Below, piece by piece: positions 12,025-26,900 of a DNA stretch of 64,000 nucleotides. The notes under the pieces are model-generated. The model did no database searches. It saw only the letters and a list, made by a program, of their open reading frames with translations, and had not been told where the DNA came from. The first letter of the stretch is position 1; every line of letters starts with the position of its first letter. Source of the DNA: Amphiscolops sp. MND2022 (Eukaryota); NCBI GenBank assembly GCA_964187785.1, contig OZ076409.1, positions 13,766,001 to 13,830,000 on the forward strand, given 5' to 3'. The translations under genes were made by a program, and so were the position numbers.

Positions 12025-14250
12025 ATTTTTTTCAAACAATTTCTTGGTTCTTTTTTACTTGAGCTCGTATATATCATGATCGAGACCAAATATGGGGTTC
12101 ATGGTTTGGTTAATTTTACGAGGCTTATGTAGGCTACGTTTTAGGCTAAAAATGATGTCGCAATTTTTTTGCTCTGGATTTTTTCGGCAAATAAAGTAAT
12201 GAAAAACTTTTTCTGAATTTTCCATTTTTCTACAATTTGTAGCTGATTTTTCTCAGACCTGAAAATAGATACGAAAACCATTCTCCCTCACAAAGTGAGG
12301 CAAGTATGTAGGCTACTTTTTGTACTATCAAAGTTTCCGTCATGAAATATGACGCCTTCGGGTTTCTGCCGAAAATACATTTTTTCATTTTTCTTCAAAA
12401 AATTCCTTCATCTTTTTAGTTCTTTCATCAAAATATCCTCATCTGAGACTGGATAAGTTCACGAGGTTGTGGGCCCTAGAACACAAAGAATTTGTAACAC
12501 CTTCTGCAGACCATTGAACGTTTCTGCTCGTGCCCAAGCGCGACATGCCGTCGCGCCTATGTTTTTTTCTGTTTTTGTTCCTGTTTTCTTTTTCTGATAA
12601 TCCTTTCTCTCTTCTGATTCTCATTGAGGTAGGAATTGAATGTATGTTGTCTGTGTTTCACATCAAAACATTTTTTGAGAAAACTCAATTATATTTTTGT
12701 CATTTTGAATGTGTCCCCTGATTTCTTAAAATGACACTAATTTAACAAAAAAGAAGCACGTTGCTCGGCTCCTATTCAAACCTAAAGTGGGGAACCTTCG
12801 ATCTCGATACAGTTTCGCGATTTAGGAAGAAATGTGAATTGATGAAACGAATGGGTTCGCTTTTCAGATCTTAGGCTCAAATGTTGTTTTTTTTTCATTC
12901 AGTGTGAGGTCAGTTGTCGTACAAAAAACTAGCCGCTGTGTGTTGTCTGCATTTTTGTCAAAAGCGTTGACTGAAAACATGCCCACTGGATAAGTTAGAC
13001 TCTTTTTCTCAGCCCATCCCCTTCTACAAGTTGTTCCAGGAATGATCCAAGAAATCATTCCAGGTTGGAATTTTTAAATGTGAAAAATGCAGTCAATGTG
13101 AACAAGTAATTACGTCACTGACGCATTCCAATAAATTTTTTTCAAACAATTTCTTGGTTCTTTTTTACTTGAGCTCGTATATATCATGATCGAGACCAAA
13201 TATGGGGTTCATGGTTTGGTTAATTTTACGAGGCTTATGTAGGCTACGTTTTAGGCTAAAAATGATGTCGCAATTTTTTTGCTCTGGATTTTTTCGGCAA
13301 ATAAAGTAATGAAAAACTTTTTCTGAATTTTCCATTTTTTTTTACAATTTGTAGCTGATTTTTCTCAGACCTGAAAATAGATACGAAAACCATTCTCCCT
13401 CACAAAGTGAGGCAAGTATGTAGGCTACTTTTTGTACTATCAAAGTTTCCGTCATGAAATATGACGCCTTCGGGTTTCTGCCAAAAATACATTTTTTCAT
13501 TTTTCTTCAAAAAATTCCTTCATCTTTTTAGTTCTTTCATCAAAATATCCTCATCTGAGACTGGATAAGTTCACGAGGTTGTGGGCCCTAGAACACAAAG
13601 AATTTGTAACACCTTCTGCAGACCATTGAACGTTTCTGCTCGTGCCCAAGCGCGACATGACGTCGCGCCTATGTTTTTTTCTGTTTTTGTTCCTGTTTTC
13701 TTTTTCTGATAATCCTTTCTCTCTTCTGATTCTCATTGAGGTAGGAATTGAATGTATGTTGTCTGTGTTTCACATCAAAACATTTTTTGAGAAAACTCAA
13801 TTGTATTTTTGTCATTTTGAATGTGTCCCCTGATTTCTTAAAATGACACTAATTTAACAAAAAAGAAGCACGTTGCTCGGCTCCTATTCAAACCTAAAGT
13901 GGGGAACCTTCGATCTCGATACAGTTTCGCGATTTAGGAAGAAATGTGAATTGATGAAACAAATGGGTTCGCTTTTCAGATCTTAGGCTCAAATGTTGTT
14001 TTTTTTTTCATTCAGTGTGAGGTCAGTTGTCGTACAAAAAACTAGCCGCTGTATGTTGTCTGCATTTTTGTCAAAAGCGTTGACTGAAAACATGCCCACT
14101 GGATAAGTTAGACTCTTTTTCTCAGCCCATCCCCTTCTACAAGTTGTTCCAGGAATGATCCAAGAAATCATTCCAGGTTGGAATTTTTAAATGTGAAAAA
14201 TGCAGTCAAGGTGAACAAGTAATTACGTCACTGACGCATTCCAATAAATT
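12025..14250. repeat. Direct tandem duplication, 2 x about 1.11 kb
   Basis: 12025-13135 is repeated at about 13135-14250 (offset 1110-1113) with a few substitutions and homopolymer differences. The small ORFs 12439/13551, 12530/13642 and 12864/13989 are duplicated. Confidence 0.95.
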
Positions 14251-14960
14251 CATCCATTTCCTGTAAAATTTTCCTATGAATGTTAGAAGTGAATACTTAG
14301 AGAATTAACTATCTTCATCACAATTTTTCAGGCATCCAAAAGCCACGTGTGTGTGTTTTTTTTTCATTGCGACTTCAATCAAATTTTAAAGGATGCCTAA
14401 TTGCAAGCTTGTAAGACTCTGTTAGCATTATCTGCAAATCCCAGCTGGCTCGTAATTTGTTGTCTTTCTGGTGATAGCTAGGTTTATCTAGGATGACTCG
14501 TTTCTTTCAACATTTCCAATAATTCATGACTAATCGTGCCGTCTTACTACAGATCACAGACCAACCCCTTTGGAGCGATTCACATAACTGGCTTTTTGTT
14601 GGCCTTTGTAGTCATTGTCATTTGCGATGGTCTACGAGTAGAAACAGAGACAAAACACGTGAAATTTTCATTCAACCTCATCAATGTATTTTTCATGTTT
14701 CTTATGAATTCATACCACTCAGCAGCTCAACACAACATCAGCTCTGAATAGGAAAAAAAACAACGTACGTCTCTGAACTTAAATTTAAGCACGTGCCATT
14801 TTTGCCTTCGAAACTCGGCTGACTGTAGTCCAAATAAATACACGTTTGACCATTTGAGAATATTGTGTAATTCTTCTCTTCTGCGTGTTTACAAATTGTC
14901 ATCTGTTTTCTTGCAAGGAGACGAAAAAGAGTTAAAAGGAAGATATTTTATACAGCAAAA

Positions 14961-17900
14961 ATGTCTGGAGAAGAATCAGAACTTTATGATCTGGATTTGG
15001 TAGCCACAATCGGCTTCGAAGGTAATTTGTTTCAAGAACATTTTTTTTCTAAATTAAACTAACCGGGAACGTCAGAAGCCAGCGCCATGCTAAAGGCTCA
15101 AAAACAAAAAAAAACTTCAAATTTTCAAGGAAATGATTTTGAAATTTTCTTACTCTTACAGAGTGGAGTTTCTTCAGGCTTCAAAATTAATTCTAACTTT
15201 CAAAAAGGCTAAAAGACTGTTTTCATGAAAATTCTGAAATGATCTTTTCGCTTAAAAATGCTTTTTTCTGACTGAAAAAACTTTCAAGTGAAACAAAAAA
15301 TTCTCCCAAAAATAGTCGCGCAGTGCAAAAAACTCCATAAAATCGCAGTCCTTTGGCCTCGTAAATTGACCCAACAAAACCCCGTTAAATAGGAATTCCA
15401 TGCATCGACTTTGAAAAATTTTGGAGGCGGAGGAATAGAAACGAACTGAGTGTTATTTCATTGTGTAGTCGAAGATCTAACGTTATGACCGATGGTATTG
15501 ATTTCAAACCCCCTAGTAGCCTAATTTAGATGCAAAAAGTTTTGCAGCCTCGAGTTTTTAGTATTTTCCATTGCATTATCAAAAAATCAAAAATTAGTTT
15601 TTTTTACCTGAAACTACTATATACATCGTCGGAGTCGGTGAGTTCCAATCCAATGTTGGCCAAAAATTTGCCTCTTTTCTGTATCCTCAGACCCCAGCCC
15701 ACTACCAAAATTTTTGGAAGATAAATTTCCTTAAAAAGTTCAAAATAGCCCAATTAAATGTAAAACCTTTTATTATGACCAGAAGTTAACGTCTATGAAA
15801 ATGGTTTTTTTGTTGAAGTTTGAACAAAACATTTTCCCCACATTTTGACGGCTCTTTTTCCTTTTTTCCCCACACTTTTTAAAGAAAACAAACTCAACAT
15901 AAAGGATTATATTTGACTATATCATTCAGGTTGGGCGACAATTCGTCCCAAGCGACAATTCGTCCCAGGAGACAATTCGTCCCAAATTCCAAAAAGCGAC
16001 AATTCGTCCCATTTGTAAAAAGCGACAATTCGTCCTAAATTGTTTAATTGATCAGCTAATTACCAACCTTTTGAAGGTTGAAACGAAAGAAATAATCAAA
16101 CCAACTACAAATGAATTCATTCAACCACGTGACAATAATTAGAAAATGTTGCATTTTAACGTTCTAGTCGTGGAATGTTGAAATTAATTGTTGGCACCTG
16201 CCTCTAATTGTAATCTTTCCGGATTCATTATTACCAACGTCTTTATTGGCAATTAAATTGAGGACAAATTGCAGCTTTTAATAATTGGGACGAATTGTCG
16301 CCTTTTCAAAATGGGACGAATTGTCGCTTGGGACGAATTGTCGCTTTTTGGAATTTGGGACGAATTGTCGCTTGGGACGAATTGTCGCTTTACGTATCAT
16401 TCAATATTTCTTCGAATAAGTATTTTCCTTTGTTTTGTTGTCTCCACACTATTAGAGTAATTTTCCGCTTGAACAAAACATTGTTCACACAATTTGACTA
16501 ATTATGTTCGTATTGAGTGTTTATTGATGACTCAAAACAGGAAGCTGTTGATTTCTTCATCAAAAATGCGTACCTACATAGGGAAAAATTGTGAACAAAG
16601 TTTGTATCTGAATCCTTAACTATCACCCTGAGAATAAATTTAAAACTAACTGTTTCATTGGAAACGAAATTGAGATATAATTAATTGCAAAAACATCATC
16701 TTGAAAAGTGTGTGTGGGGGGGGGGAGGAAAAAGTTCCATTTTGACTTTAATTACGTTTTTATTCACTGTTTTTTGTCCACTGAAAACAGGAGGTTGTTA
16801 ATTTCTTTATCAAAAATGCGTGACTTCAAAGTGTGAACAAAGTTTGTATCTCAATTGCAAGCTGTCACATTAGAAAAATAAATGTAAAATTAAGGTTTCT
16901 GGTTTGTATTCAAGTCTTTCTGTTATAATATTTCAACTAATTTTCCAAAAAAAATTGGTGGTGGGGGGAAAACAGAAAATAGCCAAAAATTTTTAAGCTC
17001 GCAAAAGTAGAGGAGATCAAACGGTCTCCTCTGGATTTTTTCGACAGTACAATTTTATCGCGAAAATAGTCGTCCATTTTTTGAATCTAAGGTGCATACA
17101 GGGTGTCAAAGGGCCCTTTGTGATTCTTTTGGTACTTTTCCTATTTTAAAAAACTTGTGTGACCAAATGGTCCCCGTCGAGTTTTTTTCGGCACTGTGCG
17201 TTTTTTTTTCAAAAAAAGCTCTTACCGCGGTGTTTTCATTTTGATTTTTTGAATGTTTTCAGAACTTACCATAAGCAATTCAACTGAGATTTCCTTGAAT
17301 GTTTTTTGGATGTCTAAATGTTTTCTTCAGGGTGGAGTTTTGCGTCTAACCAATGTCGAACTTCTGTATCGTTTCAAATTGAACTATGATCGTAGCGCTT
17401 TCTAATATAATGTTTATTTCAATTGGAATGCCTTATATCCATTTTTTGACGTTACAGCCGTTAGTAACTGATTTAACGAAATTACGTGACGTATTCAAAT
17501 AGAATCAAAAAGACTATGAAATAAGTATTGTGTCAGGTCCTTTGAGAAGAACCTAACCTGTTTTGTAAATGTATATTCATGGCCACAAGCGAAGCTTACT
17601 AGCTGTTATGAGGTATGAACGAACAGATAAAGTATGAATAATTATTTGTCATCACAAATGGACATCACTAGCCGGGTTAACCTTCCATGCAAGTCGTAGT
17701 GACATAATGTCCGAAGTTAGTACAAGCGCATTTGCAAAAATAGGAGGAACTTGGGAAACTAATGAGCTGGATATATTAGGCAGCATAATTTTGCTTACTG
17801 TGGGAGAAATTTTAGAAAAGATGCAGCTCGTGGTATGATCAGTAGTACCAATCGTAGTATCATGTCCATGATTGACACGATTGACTACAATAAGCTTAAT

Positions 17901-20900
17901 ACTGTCATGAGGGTCAACATGGGAAAACACAAAAACAAGGCATTTTTCGGACTTTTTTCAGAGGATTTAAGATGATGTTCCAAAACCATAAAAGTTTTGC
18001 ACCCTACAACAATTGAATGTGATACCTTTTGATTACCAGCTAAGTAAAATACCGCTAATCTTTATGATTTGGGATCCACTATGTTTTAGGCAAACTCAAA
18101 ACATGGACATTGCACAAACTTAACCTGAAAAAAATTGTGAACAAAAAGCGTTTCCACGATTATTTCAAAGCAGCATAGGAACCCTTTAAATTTGAAGAAC
18201 GCATCTTGCTGATTGCTCATGACTTTAGTGATTAGGTACCATGCGCAAAGCTCAATCAAAGCAGAATTTCTTACTATGCTCGAAAACAACTGAGAGAACT
18301 TTCATCAAACTCACATAACGAGAAACAAGAAGTAAATACATTTTTTAGCACTAGAAAAACATTTTTTTGAACTGAAAACATCGAGAACCCCAATTCTTTG
18401 AGGGAAAATTTATCCGGAAATTAAAACTCTTTTCGATAAAAATTTTCGATTATTTTTCAAAAGGTCACAGTGCTAAAAATATCAGAGGGGGGGTCTTTGG
18501 TCTTCCCTCCATATTTTGGTGATTCGAACCAACGCACACCCACAACTTACAAGCCCTACTCACCATGCGGAGAAACCCGCATTGATCTCTGGGCAAAGTG
18601 GAAACTATTTTCCATAATTCCACCAGCTATGGGCTTCTAACAGCTTTTGGTATGGTAGAAATAGCTCGAAGAAAAGTTTAACTTCTTGGTGAAACTAACT
18701 TTTCCGGTTTCTCAAAAATATGAAAAAATAAATAATCGGATCTCTCCGATCAAACCTGAAAGAGTTCTTATCAATCAAAAAATCACAATTGTTGCATATT
18801 TAATTCAATAGACCAAAATTTTGTTCAGCAAGTTCACTTGAATAAATCTACATTTCAACAGATTCGGTTATGTCATCAGAAGAAAAACTTCAATTGGAAG
18901 TGAAATTTATATTTCATTTCCATCAAGTTTTATGCAGATTGGGGACGAATTTGAATTTCTGTAACTTTAAATCGACTCAAAGATGGTTCCATTTCGAATG
19001 AGGCCATTGCCAAAAACATCAAGTTGAACAATACAGAAAAAGACTAAAGTAACTAGTGTAACTAACCTAAAGTTGATCGAGTGCTATTTCGAGACAAAAT
19101 ATTTTATAAAAAAATACGCAAAATTGGCCCAATTGAATGAATCGTCAAAGCAAAGTTTTCGACTGGATTCCTTATGGAAAACAATCCAGTAACGCAACTT
19201 GACAAAAACAGAAAACCTGCTTCAAACTTCGTCTGAAGTGATTTTTTTTGGCAACTGGCGAACAAGTTTTTCTCAAAATAAAATGAAATCACGAAATTTA
19301 ACTATATTCAAATCAGTTCAAAATTAGTTAGATTTTGAAGTGGACCAATGTTGAAAAAAAATTCAATGGAAATCTCAACATAAACTTGAATCTTTTTTCA
19401 ACAAACTAAAGTCTTTTGGTATATCTGCAGTTTTCAGACTGAGGGAAATGAAAGATAAAGCAAAACCGGGTAGATGTAATGTAGTCCATTTGAATAAATT
19501 CGTCTATCAAAAAATTCTGAGTGTGCTCTTTCTGTAACAGATTAGAACACCTTTGAGATTAACTATTTTCAACTTGGTCACGAACTGACATTTGACTACT
19601 TTACAGTACTTCTCACGAAGAAAGCAAAACGCCAAAATCTGATCTACTCAGCTGATTCTGTTTAGAGATAAGGGACCATCCGTGTTCTGCGTGCATATAG
19701 TTGCACTTTATCAAAGTGTTCAAACGAATCACCCAATTTGTTTTCTAATTTTCCCTGAAATACTAAAATAACTGAAAGTAGCAAATGTAATACGAACGAA
19801 AGCAATAAAGAATAAATAAGAAAATAAAAAATTTCGAAAAAAGTCTCACTAAATGTAACGTCCAGCTAGTAGCGTACATCGTAGAACTGGGACAATGCCT
19901 AGGGTGCTTAAACAGGATACCGTTTAGGCCTTACTACAGCCCTAGACATTAGTTTATATCCCTAAAATGATCTCCTAAAGGGATTAGAGCTCCGAGACAC
20001 GTCTCAAGCTCCGGACACGTCCCACAAGCCTGTAAAAACGAATCCTAGCGTTCCTACGCGCTCCTAAATACTCCCGACGTCCAAAATCACTGTCTAGCTG
20101 AAATACATTTTATTTGTGGAATAACATCCAAATCCACCAAAATAGGGATCTAATAGATCCACTGTCATTGCAAATCTACTAAAAAACATTAATAAGAAAG
20201 AAACAAACAGGAATTAGCACATTTGAGTTCTTCATCCAGTTTCCAGAGTTCTGGGGATAATCCATTGGGGTGTCATATGCTCTTTCTGGGTCTTCTGAGA
20301 CATTTTCTAGAGATTGATGGCACAACACAGCGTTTTGTTACTCTCTGACGTTCTTCTTCTCAATTCTGTGTGTTCTTCTCAAGTTCGGGTTGGGTAGGGG
20401 GTCTTTTTGCGTTCTCTTCTGCTTCTGTTTTGATTTCAGGGACCTGCCAGGTTGGCCATTTTGAATCGCACACTTTTTGACTTTGCAACGAAAATTTGTC
20501 ATCGAGTGGCTGACGTTACAAAAGAAGGAAGAGCTATTATGGTTCAGTTCCCTGGGTCAAATGGTACAATTTGGCCATCTATAATTTTGTAGAACTTTTT
20601 CGAGCTATTTTGTCTTGTTCGTGTGGATTGAAAAAAGCCATAATTATAGACGCGTTTCACATTGTGAAGCGCCGACTAAAAACCAAATAGCCGTAATAAC
20701 TCTGCACTCTGGGTCTTTTTCAACTTTTTGGTTTTGTTAAAAATTTAGTGAAAATATTAGAATAGAAAGACATAAAACGAAATCAGAAAGGCTCAAAAAT
20801 AGCAAAAGCACTTCAAAGTGTCAAAATATTGGTGAATTGGGGACCCTTTTATGAAAAAAAATTGAAAAAAGCCCCACAATGCCAAAAAGGGGGGACACTT

Positions 20901-23900
20901 TGGGATTTTTCAACATTTATTTTGTCGGAAAATATCAAAAAATTGAAAGGGGACCCTTTGGTGATTTTCTTTCAAAAAAAGTCTTACAGAGCCGAAAATA
21001 CTCTAAGTGAGTACCCTTTGGCCCCGTTGAGTTTCTTAGATGATGTAAAAATACTACTTGGTAAGCTAAGAATTGTAAAAATTGTAAGATTGTAAGAATT
21101 GTAAGAAAAGTGGACCATTCGGAGTGAGATTGTAGGCTGAAAAAATAGTCGGGCTTTTTTTCCTTAAGGGAAAAGGCGCCGACTAAAAATTTAGCCGAAT
21201 AAGGCTTCGGATGAAGAATTATTGGATATTTCGATGCAGTTCAGCCTGGTTGTTTCATCCAGGTCATTCGACGAACACGTTGCTGGTGCACCCAGACCGC
21301 AACCACATCCTGTACGTGCTGGGTAGCACCCTGGTGATCCAGAACATCCGCACCGAGCAGCAGACATTTCTGGCGGGCCACAAGAACTCCATCTCGTGTG
21401 TGGCCGTGTCTGCTTCGGGCAAGTACGTAGCCAGTGGACAGGTCACCCACATGGGCTTCAAAGCTGACGTCATCCTGTGGGACTTCGAGTCGCGCTCCAT
21501 CCTCAAGGTGTTCAGTCTGCACAAGGTCAAGGTCGAGCAGGTCGCCTTCTCCCCCAACGAAAAGTATCTCGTCTCGCTCGGCTCACAGGATGATAGAAGG
21601 TGGGCATCATAGGCATGATATGGTATGCGGAAAACTCGTTGAAAACAACTCGCCGAATACTTGATAACACAGTACGATCACAAAGTTAGCGCTATTATAA
21701 CTGTCTGAGGTTATTTTCTGTTCTTGCGACGAGTTTTCAGCTGGAGAATTTTCGACGAGTTGCTTCTCGACGAGTTTTCCGCATAGTAATTTTGACCAGT
21801 TGTTTTCGACGAGTTTTCCTCGATTGGCGTTATATTATTAAAAGCAACGTAAGGCAAATCTCAAAATCAAATATCTCAAAAACGGCAGTGATTTCTGAAA
21901 AATGGTAGAAGTAAAATTTTCTGAAATTTTCATCTAATTTACAATTATGTTTGGTTGTATGAAAATCATGAAAAACTTCTGGGTTATGATAGGTTCCGTT
22001 TTGGGAGGTAATATTCGGTGAACAACCGGATTAGGTCTTTTATTTTTCTGCTGTCGGGTTCCGTTTTGTACTCTGCCCTTGTTATTTGCTAGAGTGCTTT
22101 GGGTTCCACTCCCCAAATTAAACATTCTTGAAATATTAAATATCCAAATTTCAAAATCAAATATCTCAAAAACGGCAGTGATTTCTAAAAAATGGTAGAA
22201 GTAAAATTTTCTGAAATTTTCATCTAGTTTACAATTATTTTTGGTTGTATGAAAATCATGAAAAACTTCTGGGTTATGATAGGTTCCGTTTTGGGAGGTA
22301 ATATTCGGTAAACAGTCGGATTAGGTCTTTTATTTTTCTGCTGTCGGGTTCCGTTTGGTACTCTGCCCTTGTTATTTGCTAGAGTGCTTCGGATTCCACT
22401 TCCCAAATTAAATATTCTTGGATCATTTGTTCTTTTCCGGTCCAACCGGTTTCCGTTACGTCTCCTTTCGGAATAGGCGTGATGTTGATTTTGTGTTCGC
22501 GTTTTGTGAACTGCCGGAATCCTTCCAACCACTGTCTCCGTGTAAATACCGGATTTCTGTGCGAAGATTTTGCTTCCAATTTCGGTACGGTGATTTTTTC
22601 TGCCTTAGTCTGGATGTTAAGATGTTTGAATCAATTTAAAAACTGGCTGACTGCGCCATGTTGTATTCTAACATCTTCGTTAAGAAAAGACACAATTTGT
22701 AAAATAAGAGTTTCTTTATCAGTAACTGTACTGTAACAAATCTGTATATATAATGAACATAAAATAGAGTTTCTATTCAAGTTTGTTCACTAAAAACTTG
22801 CAAGACCGAAACTTGGAAGACGTTAAGACGGATGAATCGTATAGCACGATGAAAATTGTATAAGTTACGATAGGACATTTTTAGCCAAACTTAAGTCAAA
22901 ATTGAGGTTTCTCTCCTTTTTGGTCTACTTTTGCTCATACTTTAGAACTTCGCAAACTGAGAAATTTTATGTTCAATCGACCCCCTGATTTTACTGAAGC
23001 CCCTGAAATGTTTTGATTCAGCAATCATTCTAAAATCTTAGAAATGTTCTGCTATGCTGTCTAGAACCTTTATTTGTAAATAACTTCCGAAGTATCTGAC
23101 GTGTGTAATTTGTACCATTTTGATATTTTGTTTATTGCATTCCTGATTTTTGGAAAAGGACGACTTGGTATGTTTGACTAAATCTTCTGCATCCAATCAT
23201 CCAATCAAAATTGGGACTTTTGGTCGTAACGAAGGTACCTTAAGGATGGAGATGCGAGAACACTTTGTAGAAACATAGACAAGTACTGATGACTTAGAAC
23301 GGCTTCTCGATCTAGATGAGGTTTGCACTATAAAAAACATTTGGATCAAAGAAAACGTTTCATAAACAAGCAGAGGTTCTACATAAAAATATAAGCAGAC
23401 GTCGCCACAAGTCAAGATTGTTTGGGTCTATGTTGATTAGGGTAAGAAGCTAAGTTTCATCAAAGCAGAGTTTTGACACCGCTAATTAGCGATTTAGCGA
23501 ATCAGCGGCCGCGCATCAATTTTTCAGCGGTTCCATTAGTGATTCAAATTAGCTGGAACTAATCGAATTTCCAAAATCAATTTTCCTAAAAGTATACACG
23601 GGGTTTCAACATTAATTTCGAAAACTTTCATTTTTTACCTTGGTAAAACTGCGCCAACGGGATTGTGTTATAATAACACATAGTGATAATTTAGTGTGGT
23701 TGTATGGGACCTGGAATCGAAGGAAGCCATTTGTGGATCTGCGGCCGCTCTGCCCAGTGCTGGCAATGTTACTTGTCTCAAATACAGCAATACAGATGAC
23801 AATGTCTTCATCACTGGTTGGTTAACCATCTCAACGTGACACTTTATGGACCATGTTTTTTATCCCCGCTGAAGGCGATAAGAAACAAGACGCCTGCTAA

Positions 23901-26900
23901 GCACCGGTATATTTCCCACTAAAAATGTAACGCATCAGCACGGGTTCGAACCCACGACCACGTGTCTGTCAGGCAGAGGCACTACTAACTGCGCCATGGT
24001 GACTAACATTTACTAAATGGAGTAATACGGTATCGGTATATTCCGGCGTATAAGCCCCTCCGTTTAAGCCCCCCTCCCCAATTCTGAAATGGAAATTGTT
24101 GTTTTACGGTATTTTCGTCATATAAGCCCCCCTAAATTAAGAAAAATAAAAGAAAATAAAAGTTTTATAAGTGTTATTTGAATGAATTTTCGAGGTAGAA
24201 TTTCAATTTCCAATTCTCAGGGTCTAAAATCGGAGTCATCATCTGTCATTTCCTCTGGCTCTGAGACTTATCGAAAAGAAAATCAACTGAAACGTCATCC
24301 AATTCGTCAGTATATGGATGAATGCCAAAATTTTGATTCTGAAAAAACGGTCGTTGTTTTATGTTCGTCGTATAAGCCCCCTCCCCAAACGTTTGACCAA
24401 CAAAAATTCGAAAAAGAGGGGGCTTATACGCCGCAATATACAGTGAAGTGGAGTTTTGGCAGAATTTGGGAAAAAACGCAACCTCCATCATTATATGTGG
24501 TCGGAACATAACAAGGTGCAAGTACCATTATGTCGGCATCGTTTGCGCTGAAATTTTGGACAATAAAATATTTAATGTGAACATAATCCTATCTTTCACA
24601 TTAATTCACAGTTAAAAATTGCTCATTTTAATTTATGGCGGAGAAACTTATGCGTTGAATAAAATAAGGGCTTTCCTATTTAATTTTAACTTGTTCCAGG
24701 GGTAGTTTTTTGCTTTTTTGTCGGAAAATCATCAAAAAGTCCGAAGAATTTTTTGCTTCAAGTGTCGAAACAACTACAAATCATCTAAATTTTTATAGCC
24801 ATATCAATTTCTTTCATTCCTCTAAGAAGTTTTTTCAAGCATAAAAGTCGCTTTTGTGTTGGTGTGGGGAGGGGGTATAACAGAAAATGTGTGTCTGGGG
24901 GGTTGAGAGAAACATGGTCCTACTATTTAATATGGTACAGTGAGTAAATAGTGGGGGAATAGTGAGTAAATTTGTTGAATTTTTGAACAGGTGGTGACAG
25001 AAATTTGAGAATCTGGACTCTGGATAGAAAAAACAGAAAAATTAAACCCGAGGAAACTGACACGCAGAAAATCTACCGAAACTACCTCTGCATTGCGGTA
25101 CGTGTACACACTTTGTTACCATCTCTCCTCAAGTTATCCCCGCATTTTTTTTGAAAAAAAGCCTTTACCAAAAAGTCTTTACTTTTACCTTTTAAAAACA
25201 TTGAACGTTGTTAGGATTTCTTCAAAATTCTGAGGCATTCAATTTCAGCCGAGATGGCTCAAAATGAAGAGTTGTTTTGGAAATTGACAGTGATTAGGAG
25301 AGAAGTTATTGGGAAAGTTGTTTTGCAATGCCCAAAAAACAAACGAATGCAGGTAATTCGGTTGCAACATTGATAAATTTTGAACAGTTGATCAAAACTG
25401 AAATCTTAAAAAACTGAATGCTTTTCGTCGCCTTTTGCAATAAGATAAAAAAGTGCGGTTTGGGGGAATGGAAAATTTATAGAACTAAAACTTTGCAAGT
25501 TTTTGATATGAATACAAAAATAAGAAAGGAAAACAATTAACTGTAGTCCTAGTCTCAATTGTTTTATCAATTTCATTGAAAACATCACCACCGAAAAACT
25601 AAGCATTGAAGAAAATAGAGAACTAAATCTGAAAAACTGGAAGATAGAACGAGAAAATAGAGAACTAAATATTCTCTTAAAAAAGTTAACTGGGTATGAA
25701 TTTTGCAATTATTAATAGATTGACGCCAACGACCAATACTTCTATGCTGGAACAGCCAGTGGAGACATTCTCAAGTTCCCCTTGGTGACTGGTGTGAGCA
25801 AGTACGTAGACAGATTCCCCGCCAAAAAGCCCTTCCCTCAGGGAGTCACTGCCCTGGCCCTGCTGAAGAACGGGAAGCTAATCGTGGGCACTGGCGACGG
25901 ACTCGTCACCGAAATGAGTGCCAGTGGTCGGGGAGAAATGGCTGCAAACAGTGAAAAGTAAGCAAAACATGCATGTTTCTTATAAAATTTTGAAAAGTTA
26001 TTTTATTCAACTCTGTTGTATGTTGAGACTTTGGATGAATACTTTCGATTTCCACAGTTTCTGTTTCCCAATTCAAATAACCGCATTGACAGCTAATTTT
26101 CAAAGCAATGTCGCAAAGATAATGATGCTTCTGAATTTTAATGTTTTGAATTCTGTTTACTGGCTAGACTTTTCATAAGGTGATATGTATTCTAGAAAAA
26201 ATATATTGACTATTTCTCCACGTAAGGACAACTTTTCCCATGTAAACTTTCGAAGAGCCTATCTTCGTCGAACATTTATGGGGAATTTAAAATGATTTTT
26301 TGTTCTTTCAGTATATAGAGAGCCCTATATTTATATTTGCACTGTAGAATGCTTTCATTATCAGTACTGTATATCAGAGTTTCAAGACCGCTTATTAGCA
26401 ATTCAGCGAATTAGCGGCCAGGCAGAATTTTTTCAGCTTTTTTATTAGCGATTCAAATTAACGCCAACTAATAAACTGTTTAAATTCAAAATTTCTTCTG
26501 AGTTTGAAAATGAATCATGAGAAAAACTCTATCTCTTACCCTTGTAGAACCATACAGTATGAAAAATTCTAGTCTTTCTTCGTGCAAAAACTGAATCAAG
26601 TCATTTTAAAACATACTTGAAGTTAAACATGCAATAGTTTGCAGGAAAAGTTTTTCAGCGAAATAACGAATTTGGAAATAGAGGTTTAGGGGGGAAAATA
26701 AGCGATGTCAAAACCCTGCTTGAATATACTTTGGATAATCAAGGGAACATCTTTTTGTCCCAGAAAAGCCAAGATCGAGGGTGGCGTGACGTCACTGGCA
26801 TTGAGAGGAGAAGGCCACCAGTTTTTCGCAGGCACCAACGCTTGCAACGCGTACAAGTTCAACTATGCCGACTTCGCCGCCGAGGTTTACATTACCAGTC

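Noticed and set aside
15930..16392. CRISPR-like array of short repeats
   Set aside because: The units are adjacent or separated by very short linkers, arranged as two inverted arms, in a eukaryotic intron with no cas genes. This is a foldback MITE.
21211..21612. Standalone WD40 ORFs (also 26705, 27401, 46484, 49777)
   Set aside because: They are exons of the single spliced CFAP52 gene read through into intron sequence.
22224..22700. Protein-coding gene in CFAP52 intron 2
   Set aside because: Short broken frames, partly tandem-duplicated. At most a retroelement fragment that I cannot assign.
23940..24000. tRNA genes (also at about 9895-9960 and 28220-28290)
   Set aside because: Only A/B-box-like remnants within dispersed repeats; no complete cloverleaf could be built.
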